64,000 nucleotides of DNA from the NCBI GenBank assembly GCA_048013815.1, contig CM106586.1, positions 9,300,001 to 9,364,000 on the forward strand. Direction: 5' to 3'. Shown piece by piece: positions 22,217 to 34,438 of the stretch. The stretch comes from Setoptus koraiensis (Eukaryota > Animalia > Arthropoda). Both the position numbers and the translations under genes were made by a program. Under the pieces are notes generated by a model that was not told where the DNA came from, ran no database searches, and saw only the letters and a list, made by a program, of their open reading frames with translations. The number at the start of each line of letters is the position of its first letter. Position 1 is the stretch's first letter.

Positions 22217-23915
22217 CTACAAGTGAAATGAGATCAGTAGTGAGAGTGAATTTGAGTTAGTTGGTCAATAGAGCACTAAAACCAGGTCATCGTCCGCAAG
22301 CAGTAAAAGTGACATGCGTAGTTGCGCAACATGGTCGTGTCTTGTCTTGTCTTGTTGTTGTTGCTGTTGCTGTTGTTTGTATCTCTTGAGAAGAAGACGC
22401 ACACACACACAACTGCAACGATATGGATACCTCCCACTCCTTGTTGTTTGTCTCCCTCTCTCTCTCTCCCTGGCGAGCCAGATTGTCTGGCCCAGATATC
22501 GCCATTTATCTCGCTCTCCCTCTCTCTCCCGCCGTCAAGTGAATTGTCTCGCTCGCCAGTCGCCAGCGGAGACAATTCACTCGCAGTTGGCCAAGACAAA
22601 CAATGTTTGTCGGCCGACATGCTTCTTTTCTGGCACCACTGACTTGCAAATAATTGTGAGCCTGTTGTCGTGGCCAATAATAGCATGATTCCCCGATGAT
22701 TCACGTCATCAGTTGCGTCGTTCAGTCTAGTCGCTCGGTATACTCAGTATCTATTAGCCAGTAGCTTAACTTGGTTATTTTTGCAACAAATTGTCACACC
22801 TCAGATATGTCGTCTATTGCGTAATATTACGCAATAGTAATATAGTATTCACGCAATAGTAATATAGTAATATAGTATTCACGCAATAGTAATATAGTAT
22901 CCACGCATGAATAGTACTCCATTGAATAGTCAGAGCCTGACACTATTCACAGTGTCAGTTGAGCGGCTGGCAACAACAATGGCAAACAACAACTTGCTGC
23001 AACTCGCTCTACTTTATCCACTGCATCTTTCCACCGCTACACGGCGCTGCTCAGGCGCTACCCACAGCTACCCGCGCGGCCACACAATTCCAGGGTAGTA
23101 TCGGGGTAGCGCCATATGCACCTCACATTCACCCAATTGAGATTGTCGGACACCTCATTACCAACTGACAAAGCGTAACACCATAACATACTGCACTATG
23201 AACTGGCAAGCTAACAAGCAAGCTTTGTGCCCAACATCACTACCCGACGCATGACCGGACAAATACCCATGTGTGCGGTTTGTCCAGTGTGCTTGTGGGT
23301 ATTTGCTTGCAGATACAAGCAGACACTGGGGCACACACACCGCAAAAGGGGCCGATGACCTAGTTCGCATGCTTCAACAATGGTGTCAGCAGGCACGTGG
23401 TGCACGTGACGCGCACAATGTTAGTGCGCTAGTAGGTCATTGTTGCGTTTGCTCCCATTTGCTCGCTTGCACATATATCACCATTACGGCACAGCACAGG
23501 TCACGCCTCATTGAAGGCGCACCTCTGTTCCACTCAAATCGGCATATAGATATTTGTGTATAGAGATATCCGGCGCGTTGGGGGCCTCATTGCTGTGCCA
23601 GACGCGCTGCCGTGTGCCGCACAGGGGCCCGATTGTTGGGTGCTGGCAGCGGCTGCGCCAAACAATTGGGTAATGGAACCAGGTTAGGGGGTGACACACA
23701 AACTGGCTCAAACTGGCTCAAACTGGCGCAAACCGGCGCCAACTGTCTCGCACGGCGACCTTGGCGCGGCCCCGTTGTCGCCACTGACGCGTCTCTTCAC
23801 GCTGATCTGATTATCTCGTCGCACTGGCGCCACCATCGGCGCCATCGTCGGGCCGCATCGGGCCGCATCGGCGGGCCGCGTGGGCGCCCTCGTCGGGCCG
23901 CATTGAGTGTCTTAC

Positions 23916-26900
23916 CTTGTGTCCGGGGTCCAGGTTCTCGGGCACCAGCGCCAGGTACGGGTCCGTGTAGAAGCGCGGCGCCTCGTCGTTGATGTCCTTC
24001 ACTTTGACCACCACCTCGCAGGTCGAGTTGAGCGCGGGCTCGCCCAAATCGAGGGCCATCACCTTGAACAGGTAGGTGTCGCGTTGTTCGCGGTCGATGA
24101 AGCCGCGGGCAAACAGTTCGCCCGTGTGCACGTCGATCGAAATGGGAAACTGGCCGGCTTGCAATTGGTTTTGCTGCTGCTGCTGCTGCGGATGGTGCAA
24201 CGCGGGCAACATTTGCGGGCCCGTGGGCGGGTCGTACTGCGGATCGGTGACGAGCAAATACTCGACTAGGCCGTTCTTGCCGATGTCCTCGTCGCGCGCC
24301 TTCAGCGAACCCAGCTTGAGCGCCCCCTTGCTGTAGTTGCCCTCAATCACGACGAAATTGTAAGCGTTCTTCTCGAATGTGGGCCGGTGATCGTTGACGT
24401 CCACAACGGTCACGTTCACCTGGGTCTGGGCGCTCAGGCCGCCGCCGTCGATGGCGCTAACGTTGATGTTGTACACGGTGGCCGGCACGAGCTGACCAAC
24501 GACAAACATTTCGCCCGTGAGCGCGTCAATGCGGATGTCGTTGGACCCGTTGCCCGACGTTATGGAATAGTGAATGTCGCTGTTGGGCCCGGGCTCGTCC
24601 ATGTCGCGCGCCTTCACCTGTACAACTTTGCTGCCGGCGCGCGCCGTCTCGGGTATCAGCACAAACAGCGGGCCGGTCTCGAAGACGGGCGGATTGTCGT
24701 TTTCGTCTTCGATCTTAATGGTGAGCGACGTCCTCGACGACAGATTTCCGTTGTCTATGGCGGTGACGTCGAGCTTGTACTCCGAGCGCAGCTCCCGGTC
24801 GAGCACTTGCGACGCCTCGTTGGGCGTGTATATGACCGTGCCCGAGTTGAGCACAGTGAACCGGTCCGAACCGGGACCGCTCAGCAGATAGTGAACGCGC
24901 GAATTGTTGCGCGTGTCCCGATCCACCGCCTCTATGCTGCCCGGCGTCACAAATACCTGGGTACCGGGCGGCGAGTTCTCCCTGATGCTGCCGTGATACA
25001 CGTGATGAAAGGCGGGTATTTCGTCGTTTTCGTCCAGTACGTCCACTATCACTTCGGCCACGGTCAGTTTGCTGGTGGCGCGCTTCTCCTCTAGCATGAC
25101 CGTGAACGCGTATTGGGCCCGCTGTTCGCGATCTAAGCCGCGCAACGTGAACAATTCCCCGTTTTGGTTGATCCTAAATAGTGAGCGCATCTCGCTGTTG
25201 ACAATCTGATACCTTATTTGGGCATTTACCCGCAATTTGCGCGGCTTCAGGTCCACCTGACCGACCAGCGCGTCCGCCTGGTTTTCCATGACGCTAAACT
25301 TGTAATGGTTTGTGGCCTCGCTGGAGCGGGCGCTCACGTCGCGCGGGTCCTCCACCTCGTTGATGAATATGCGCAGCGTGGTGGTGGTGCGCCACAATCC
25401 GTCAAAGGCCTCCACTTGCAACAGGTACTGCTGCTGCTCGCTTATGTCCAGTTGGCGCGAAACATTGACCACGCCCGTGACCGGATCCAGCACGAACGGG
25501 ATGGACGACGCGGACTTACCCGGCGCGCCCGTCGACGGCCCGGCGCTAGCGAGCGCCTGCAGGGGCGCCGATTCCTCGCCCGATGCCACGGCGGCCGCGT
25601 GCCTTCGCCTGCGCACCAGCCGGCCGTGCATCGGGTGACCGTACATGTTGTTGCCGCCCGTCAGTTGGCCCGGGCGCATCTGGCGCGGCTTGAACGGCTG
25701 TCGCACGGCCACGTTGGTGTTGTCCGAGGGCCGGTGCGGTCCGGGCGGCGGCGCCATGGCCACCGCGGCGGGCGCCGACGGGGCCGCCTGCTGGTGCGCC
25801 TGATGTTGCGTCATCTGCGGCGCCACGGGCCTCGCGGGCTGTATGGCGGCGGGCTGTATGGCGGCGGGCTGCATGGCGGCGGGCGGTGGCGGCGCCGGCG
25901 GGTAGTTGGCGCCCGCGTGCTCGCCCGCGCGCACAAACGAATAGGTGAGATTGGTGTTGGCGGCGCTGTCCAGATCGAGCGCGTGTATGGTGGTGACCAC
26001 GGTGCCCACTGGCGCATTCTCGTCAATGAACTCGTAGTAGCTCTCGTGCGTAAACTTGGGCCCGTTGTCGTTGATGTCGTGAATGAATATCTGTACCTGG
26101 GTCTTGCCCACCCGGGCCGGAATGCCCTTGTCCTTGGCGGCAATGTAGACGGTGTGCACGGCCACCTCGGTGGCATTGGCGTACTTCTCTCTGTCTAGCT
26201 CTTGCACGATGGTGAGCAGCGGGCCGCCCTCGTCCACGTCGAGCCGGAACTCGTTGCCCGCGTTGCCCTCCACAATGTATACCTCCATCTGGCGGTTGAG
26301 GCCGTCGTCGTAGTCGAACACGGGCAACCGGATGCGCGTGCCGATAGATGTGGGACCCTCGGTGACATTCATGAAGAACGTGTCGTTCAAAAAGGTGGGC
26401 GCCCAATCGTTTTCGTCCTGGATGACAATATGCAAATTAGTCCAGCCGGTGTTGTTTGCGGTGTCGATGGCCATGACGCGCAACACGTACGAGGGCGCCT
26501 TCTCGCGGTCAATTTCCTGTTTGACGCTCACCACGCCCGTTTTGATTTCCATGTCGAACAGTTCGGACTCGGGCGAGCCGTCCGCGATCATGTAGCGCAG
26601 CTTGCCCTCGTCCAGCTCGTCCAGATCCTGGGCACTCACCCGGGTAACAACGTGCCCAATGGGCGTGTTCTCTTTCAGATCGACAAAGTAGTCTTGTTTG
26701 TCGAATGCGGGCGAATTGTCGTTCTGGTCCTCGATGAGTATTTTCACTCGGGCCAGTGCGGCGCACCGCTGATTGGAGGCGGTCACCGTCAGGGTATAGA
26801 TGCCGCCCAAGAATTTGGGCATGAGTTCGCGATCGAGCGCCTTCTTGACGCGCAGCGACACCGTGATCTTGCTGCCCGCTGCCTGGCCGCTCTTTGCCTG

Positions 26901-29900
26901 TGCGCCGGCGGTACCCGAGCCGGTACCGGCGGCGGCGCCGGCCTGTGCGGCCGAAGTGCCCACGTCGATGAAAAAGTTGTCGTTTGAGTTGTCCTCGGTG
27001 ATCTGGTACGACAGCTTCTGGCCCGCAAAGCGTTCCACGTCGTCGATGACCAAATTGGGCACCACTATCGAGTCAATGCGGGCGCTCTCCACTATGGAGG
27101 CGTAATATTCCGTAAACGGGAACTTGGGGCAGCGGCTGTTTGTGTCCCACAGGCGCACTATGACGCCCGCCTCGCTGAACAGTTCCGGTTGGTTCTTGTT
27201 GGTAGCCTTGACGATGAAGTGATATATGTTCTTGTAGCTGGTGTCGCTGGGTTCCAGTTTGCTCGTGGTGGTTATCTTGCCCGATTCCGCGTCGATGGCG
27301 AACCGCTTCACCAGGTTTCGCTGCTTTGCGGCGGCGGCGGCGCTGCCGCCGGTCGGGCCGGCCTGCAGCTCGCGCGGTATGCCGCTTTCTAGGGCCGCAG
27401 CGGCGGCACTGCCCCAATTCACCAGCGTAATGTTGTACAGGACCGAGTCGCCGTTGGGCGTGGTAGCGCGCGGTATCAGTACCGTGGTGCCGGGCTCAAT
27501 GGCGTTGTCCGACTGCACAAAGTATTGGTTGCTGTTGAATACCGGATGCGCGTCGTCGCCCTGATCCTTGTAGATTTCCACGTCGAGCGTGGTGTGCGCG
27601 GTCAGTTGCTTGCCCTGAGCCGGCTTGTCGCTGGCCACAATGCTCAACGTTTCCATGGTGCCCAGGCCCTGCACACTGACGGGCGCGGGCCCGGCGCTGT
27701 CCGGCGCGGCCGCGCCGGTGCCCCCGGTCGGTTGGGGCAGCGGCTGGGTAGCGTACAGTTGGCCCGTTTGCGGATGTATGGCAAACAACTGAGACGGGGG
27801 CTCCAGTCGGTACTCGATGTCGTTGTTGCCCATGTGACTAGAGTCGCCATCTATGGCCTGCACCGTGTAAATGATTTCGCTATTGGGTTGCGTGGAGCTG
27901 GGTATTCGCAACAGCTTGGGCATGGACAAAAACTCCGGCTTGTTGTCGTTGACATCGAGCACTTGCACCTGAACCATTGTGGTGGTCGCTTGCGAGTCGC
28001 TGATTGCTTCGTCGCGGGCCTCAACCACAATCTCGATGTTGCGCGTCTCCTCGAAGTCGAGCGGCTCCAGCAGCATCATTTTGCCGCTTGATTTGTCCAT
28101 TTTAAACGCGGACCTCAGATACGCCTGGCTGGCCTTGCTGCCGGCCGGCTGCTGCTGCTGGCTGCCGGGTCGCTTGCCCGCGGCTGGCTTGTCGTTGTTG
28201 TCGCCACTTCCGGTTCCACTTCCGGTTCCGCTAGCCGCCGAATAAATCTTGACGATGCGATACACAATTTTGCCCGCCTTGCCCGGATCGGGATCGCTCG
28301 CTTGAACCTGTAACAATTGTACGCCCGCCACATTCTCGTCCACGCTCACCTGATAGGAGAATCGCTCGAATTTGGGCGCGTGATTCTCCGTTGTGGTGGA
28401 CCGAATGAGCAGCGTTGCCTCGCCAATGTTGGGCGAAATACCCTGGTCTTGGGCAAAAACGCGCATCTCGAAGGTTTGGTTCTGGGCCTGCGCGGGCAAT
28501 CGCGTCACCAAACGCACCTGGCCCGTCTTGGCGTCGATCTGAAACAGCCCGTGCGTGTTCTTGATCCAGTACTGAACGATGCCGTTGGCGCCCGCATCCG
28601 GGTCGTGGGCGTGCACGTGCAGAATGGAGCGGCCCGGCTGCGAGTCGTACGGTATGGATATCTGGTATTGTTCTTGGTCGAATTGGGGCCTGTTGTCGTT
28701 CTCGTCCAATATTTCCACAGTGATGGGCGCCTGCGACTCGAAGCGGCCGTCGTTGGCCGTCACAGTGAACTCGTAGGTGGCGCGCTGTTCGCGGTCCAAT
28801 GGTGCCCGGCTGCACACAGTGCCCTTGCTGGGATGTATCTCGAACAGCGAGGCGCCCTGCTTTGCGGCGGCCCGCGCGGCCGCTTGGCCAGCCTGGTCTG
28901 CCGGCCCGCCAACGTTGGCGGGTCGCTCCGTCGATTGCGGCTGCTGGTGGGCGTGCCCCCCGGTGCCCAGGGTGGCGCCCGAGGCTGGCGCGATCGAGTA
29001 CACGATCGGGTCGTTGGTGTCGCGCGAGTCCGCCTCTACCTTGAAGAAGCACGTGCCCACGGGCGCGTTTTCCATAATGGTGGCGCTGTAGGCGGACTTT
29101 GAGAATACGGGCGCATGATCGTTCTGATCTATTACGTCAATGGTCACCATCGACAGCCCGTACAGCGGGGTCTCGTGCGAATCGCTTGCTTGCACCAACA
29201 TTGTGTACTGTTTGCGCTTGTCGTAGTCCAGTTTGGCGCCCTGCTGAGCGGCTATGCGGATGTCGCCCGTGCGCCGGTCGATCACAAATATGGCGTCGTC
29301 GTTTCCGCCCACGATCGAGTACGTGATTGTGTTGTTTTGCAAGTCCTTGTCGCTGGCCTCCACTTTGACAATGCGCTTGTCGCTGTCCCGTTTCTCGATC
29401 ACCTGTCCGCGGTACGAGTTTGAGGTGAACACGGGCGCAAAGTCGTTTGTGTCGCGCACCTTAATCAGTACCTGAACGCCCAAACTATAATTTTGCGGTT
29501 GCCCGTCGTCCGTGGCGCGCACTATAAACGAGTACTGGGTACGGGGTACTAACTGACGCGCCACATATATCTTGCCCGTTTGGGGCTCTATCTGAAAGTA
29601 GTCAATGTCGCCGTCGCTCATAGAGTACGTGATGCGGTTGCCGTCCTGGTCTTGGGCGCGCACTTGGCCCACTTGGGTGCCCGCAACCGCGTTCTCCTGA
29701 ATGGTGTACTCATACGGTAATTGGACAAATTTTGGCGAATATTCATTGATGTTTGACACTTGTATCACCACTTCCGCTTGGCCTTGCAACGCCTGCGGTT
29801 GGCCCGAATCCGTGGCCAGTAGCTGAAAGCGATGCAACGATTGTCGCTCGTAGTCTAGCGACGCCTTCAACGTTATCGTGCCCGTCACGTTGTTTATTTG

Positions 29901-31802
29901 AAAAATATCCATTTCCGCTTTGGTGCCGTTCAGCTGATACGATCCAATTTTTCCGTTCAATCCGCTGTCCAAATCGTGCACCTTAAAGAAGGCGGGTATC
30001 GTTGTGCCGGGCGGCAGATTTTCGGGCATCTCCAGCGAGTAACGTGACTCGTCGAAAGAGGGCGCATTGTCGTTGACGTCTATCACGTCTATGACCATGG
30101 GCACCGACGCATTGTGCTTGTTTATGCTCAAACGATCGCGTGCAAACACGTGCAACTTGAACGATTGCTCGTTGCTGGGCGCGTCCCTATCCACCTGTTC
30201 CAACAGAATGAGTTCGCCCGTTTTTTCGTCTATCCACAGCTTGTTTTTCACCACCACGGGCTGCGGTGCGCCGTTTCCGGTTGCGCCAATGTCCGCCGCG
30301 GCGCCCGCGGTCTGCTGCGACGGCAGGCGGCGCGCCGCCGGCCCGGACGGGTGCGCGGGCTGGCTGAACACCGGCCCGAGCCAGTACACAATGTCCTGTT
30401 CTTGGCTTGCGCGGCCCGGATTGGTGGCGTTCAGCCGCCCAATGATGGTCTGGCGGGCCGTCTGTTCGCTGATGCGCCAATGATAGGCGGCCCGCTCGAA
30501 CACCACCAGCTCGTCGTTGATGTCCGCAACGCGCACCACCAGCTCCACGGCCGGATTTGTGATGGTGCGCGCTTGCGGACCCTGGAACGGTTTCACGTTG
30601 CGCGCCGCCACCTGGAGGCGGTGCTCGCGCTTCTGCTCATAGTTGAGCCGGCCCGCGGTCGAGATGAGTCCCGTGTCCGCGTTTATGTTGAACAGGTTGT
30701 CCTCGTTGCCGCCCACAAACAGGTACTTGATGATGGCGTTGTCGTCGCGGTCGCGATCGTGCGCCTTTATCTGGAACACGTCCACGGGCGCCTCCATTTC
30801 CTCTTGCACCTCGATCTCGTAGGCCGTTTGCTCGAATTTGGGCGCCCAATCGTTGAGGTCGTCGACGCGCACCCGTACGTTTGTGGTGCCCGTCAGCTGG
30901 GGTATTCCGCCGTCCGACGCTAGCACAACAAAGTCAATGTTGGCCTCTTGTTCGCAATCTAGCGACCGGCGGGTCTTCAGTTGACCGCTCTGCGGATCAA
31001 TGTGAAACGCCTGTTGGGCGTGCTCGCCCACAATTGTGTACAAAATGTGCGCATTTTTGCCGCTGTCCCGATCGAGCGCTTGCACGGCGCCCACTGTCAC
31101 GTTGGCGCCCTGTTCCTCGACAATGCTAAAATTGTAAAACTGATGCGAAAATTGGGGCTGCTGATCGTTGATGTCGATAATGTTGACAATGAGCGGCGCC
31201 ACTGCCGTATTGACGCCATCGCTCACCTGTATGAGCAAATCATACGATTGTTTGCGCTCATAATCTAACACGGCCGCCGTGTACACCTTACCCGAGCGGC
31301 TCTCCACGAAGAACAACTTTTCGTCATTTCCGGCCACAATTGAGTACTCCAGAATGTCGTTGATGGCGTCGTCATCTTTGGCGTATATTTGCGTCACAAA
31401 GGCGCCCTCTGGCAGCGACTCGCCCACGTACGCCTCAAATGGCGCAGTGCCTATGAATTGGGGCACCGAGTTGTTGATGTCGGTCACGTTGATTTGCACC
31501 ACCGCCACCGAGTGGCGCCGCTCGAAATGAATGGCGGCCGAATCGGTGGCTTTCACGAACATGGTATAAGCCTGTTGCTTCTTCACTAGCCGCGTGAACT
31601 GGGGCAACACGTAAATGGTTCCGTTGAGCGGATTCACATCAAATGGGGCCGTCAGCGAGATGGAGTCGTTTTGCTTGAAGTACTGGACGCGCCCGTTGTC
31701 GCCCAGGTCGCGGTCGTACGCGTACACGTAGCCGACCTGCGTGCCAGGGGGCGCTGTCTCGAGCACGTTGAAGTTGTACAGGTTGATGGGCACCACGCAG
31801 TC
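23916..31802 (-). CDS. Cad89D: Cadherin giant exon (7887 nt, about 21 EC repeats)
   Basis: Open frame with repeated DxNDN, LDRE/LDYE and AxDxD motifs; donor AAG|GTAAGA at 23915; NAGNAG acceptor (31802 or 31805). Confidence 0.97.
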
Positions 31803-32011
31803 CTGCTTGTCAGTTGTCAAAGTTGTCAAAGTTGTCAGTTGTCAGTTGACAGGGTCGTCGGAGTCGTCGGAATTGGGCAGAGTCGACGTGAGAGCAATGA
31901 GAGCAATGGGACAGGTGAGTTAATCAGAGTGATGCGGTGATGAGCTCAGTGCGTTAATTATGCGGAGTTAATTATGATGAGTTAAGCAAACGCTCAGTGT
32001 GTCACACTTAC

Positions 32012-32094
32012 CGAGTCCGAGCTGGCGGCGCCTGTCACATTGAGACAGTTGTGTTGCTGCTCCAAGTTGTTGAACGACGACGACACCTCATCGC
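32012..32094 (-). CDS. Cad89D: Cadherin exon (inter-EC insertion)
   Basis: DEVSSSFNNLEQQHNCLNVTGAASSDS; needed to restore phase 1 to 0; GTAAGT donor. Confidence 0.75.
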
Positions 32095-32440
32095 CTGTTG
32101 CAGCGTTACGTAATTCAATCCAGGTTTTGAATGCGACGAGGCGAGCAAATTCCAATAGGCCAATATGAAAGAAATAGATGATTGCAAGGGTGGCAAGAGT
32201 TAAATCATCAGTTTAAATCATTAGCGAGCTGCAGGCAGTGTGATTAATCTGAGAGTAGTTAATGAATTTGGCGACGACGCGCCGCGAATAGAGCGCATCG
32301 GGCGCCACTCACAGCCGGCACAATCTGATAGTCATAGCATTTGAATATCTCGCCGGACTCGCAAAAAGTATCGCAAAACGAACGAAGCGCCACTGATCGT
32401 CCACAAGCGTATAACAACATCCGATAACAAACAAGTCGTA

Positions 32441-32834
32441 ATGGCCAGCCAAGCGGCCTCAATCACGACCTCGGTGGCCATCTACTGTCTGATGGCTGTC
32501 GCCTTTCAGCACTTCTCAGACCGTCTCCAAGTGACCGCTTACTACAGCGACTTGCCCGCATTGCCGGCACCAGTTGCTTCGTCGCCCAGCCAAGACAATG
32601 GGCGACCGTTAATTGCAACGGATAATCAGCAAACGGCCGCCAATGGTGGCCAAACGCAACAAACAAATGATCAACAGTTGGCGAGTCAAATCCACTATGA
32701 ATATCCACACAACAACATCAAGCCTATGAAGAATAAGAGAAAGAGTCTGGCCAGACAATTCAGATACGACAAGTCGCACGAGGCAGCCAATCTGAACAAG
32801 GCCGAGTGTAAGCAGGCCATGGAGGCCGTCAAGG
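32441..32834 (+). CDS. Nested antisense gene exon 1: putative secreted protein
   Basis: MASQAASITTSVAIYCLMAVAFQHF... signal-like leader; phase-1 donor G|GTGAGC at 32835 (alternative T|GTAAGC at 32808). Confidence 0.7.
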
Positions 32835-33044
32835 GTGAGCCACTGATTGATTCGCTTGCCCACGAGCGTTGAATTTAATCCGAAGCGGGCCAATTCAAAC
32901 TGAATTGAATGCAAATTGAATGTTGCCTGCGACCCTCAATTTAACTCAATTTATAACAATAACAGTAACTATAAATAACCAATAATATCTTTGTCACTCT
33001 CCTGTCCGCTGAACTGGCTACTAAATAGAGGCGAATCTGATTAA

Positions 33045-33105
33045 CTAATTAACTAATTAACTGATTAACTAATTAACTGATCGACTAATTAACTGATTCA
33101 ACAAT
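33045..33105 (+). repeat. (TTAACTRA)n branch-point-like tandem array in nested-gene intron
   Basis: About 7 copies of CTAAT/CTGAT-containing units upstream of the acceptor. Confidence 0.8.
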
Positions 33106-33188
33106 TACTTAACTACCAATTGCTAATTATAATTATTGCTAATTATAAACAATCAATCAACAATGTACGCGCTGAACAAAAAATAAAG

Positions 33189-33514
33189 ACACCATAAGCG
33201 AGTGGCACAGGCTGATTGGCACGTTGCGCTCGGGCCTGGCCAACGGACAGATCAAGGTGAAGGCAACGGTGCGCAAAAATCTAGAGCGAACCCTCACCAC
33301 TTTGCAGGGCTACGCCGACGGGGCCCGCCGATCGCTGGACGAGGGCAACTTGAGAGACGCAAACAGAAATTGTCGCAAGGCCGGCTTCGAATTGGCCCGA
33401 CTGGCAGTGAACAAAGAGGTGGCCAGATCAGAGCCCCAATTGGAGGCGAACGCCAAGAGGGCGCGCCAGATTTACAAGAGCTACCGCAAGGCTTGCGGCG
33501 GGCCGGCCTACTAG
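33189..33514 (+). CDS. Nested antisense gene exon 2 (helical, Cys-containing)
   Basis: Phase-1 acceptor TAAAG|AC gives KDTISEWHRLIGTLRSG...YKSYRKACGGPAY*; AATAAA at 33731. Confidence 0.7.
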
Positions 33515-33768
33515 TTGCGGCCTGTGGTCGGTCTGCAGCGACTGGCGCACCGGACACCCGGATAAAAAGTGATGCGCGTTGAATACCCCATCGGGTAAAC
33601 CGGACATTGGGCACACACCAGTTGACCAGTTGACCAGCTGACCAGCTGACCAGCTGACCAGCTGACCAGTTGACAGACAGACGGACGGACAGGTCCACAA
33701 TTGCGGAATGGAATCATCGAATTCATATCAAATAAATGTTGTCGTAGTAAAGAGAGAGAGATAATTAC

Positions 33769-33847
33769 CCAATTCGTTGATGCTGGCAGTGCGCTGTTTG
33801 TTGTTGGCCGTGGTGCCCACGAAGAAGGGCGTGTTGTCGTTGGAGTC
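33769..33847 (-). CDS. Cad89D: Cadherin exon
   Basis: DSNDNTPFFVGTTANNKQRTASINEL; phases 0 to 1. Confidence 0.85.
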
Positions 33848-34000
33848 CTGAGACGGATAATTAATTGAGAGACAAACAATCAATTGGGTTGATTAGTCAA
33901 GTGGGTCAATTAGGTTGGTCAATTGAGTGGGTTAATTAATTAGGTTGATCAAGTGATGGCTTAAATGGAGGTGAGTGTTTTAATTAGTTGCAAAACTCAC

Positions 34001-34309
34001 CAGCAGGTTGATCTCGACCGAGGTGCCCCGTTTGCGCTTGCTGATGTCGGGATTGACGTTTGGCTTCCTTTCCATTGTTGTGACGTGCATGCGTATCTTG
34101 TCCGTTGTTTCGCGATCCAATTTGGTAGGATCTTTCACGCTGATCCAGCCAGAGTTTGCGTCGATCTTGAAGGCGCCCGACTCGTCGTGCAGCACGTACT
34201 TGAATTGCGCGTTGTCGCCCTGATCGCTGTCGGTGGCAAACACCTGTAGAACGGTGAAGCCCGGGGGCAGGTTCTCGATCACCGTTATGTTGTACATGTC
34301 ATACTCGAA
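34001..34309 (-). CDS. Cad89D: Cadherin exon
   Basis: FEYDMYNITVIENLPPGFTVLQVFATDSDQGDNAQF...LDRETT...VEINLL; phases 0 to 0. Confidence 0.93.
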
Positions 34310-34339
34310 CTATGTGGCGCGTACGTGCGATTTGCCCAT

Positions 34340-34438
34340 TTCAAGTTTTCAATTCGGGGTTTCCATTTGCCGATTCGGGGTTTCCATTTGCCGATTCGGG
34401 GTTTCCATTTGCCAGTTCGGAGATTCCATTTGCCGATT
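34340..34438. repeat. 21-bp tandem repeat (CCATTTGCCGATTCGGGGTTT), about 4-5 copies
   Basis: Read directly; abuts a cadherin acceptor region. Confidence 0.85.

Noticed and set aside
22209-22218. Exon beginning AG|GTAACC as a recursive splice point
   Set aside because: GTA is simply the Val codon; skipping would frameshift.
24387-30923. Long plus-strand ORFs (e.g. 25218-26198, 26202-26987, 28317-29102, 30114-30923)
   Set aside because: Antisense shadows of the GC3-rich cadherin exon; no recognisable domains.
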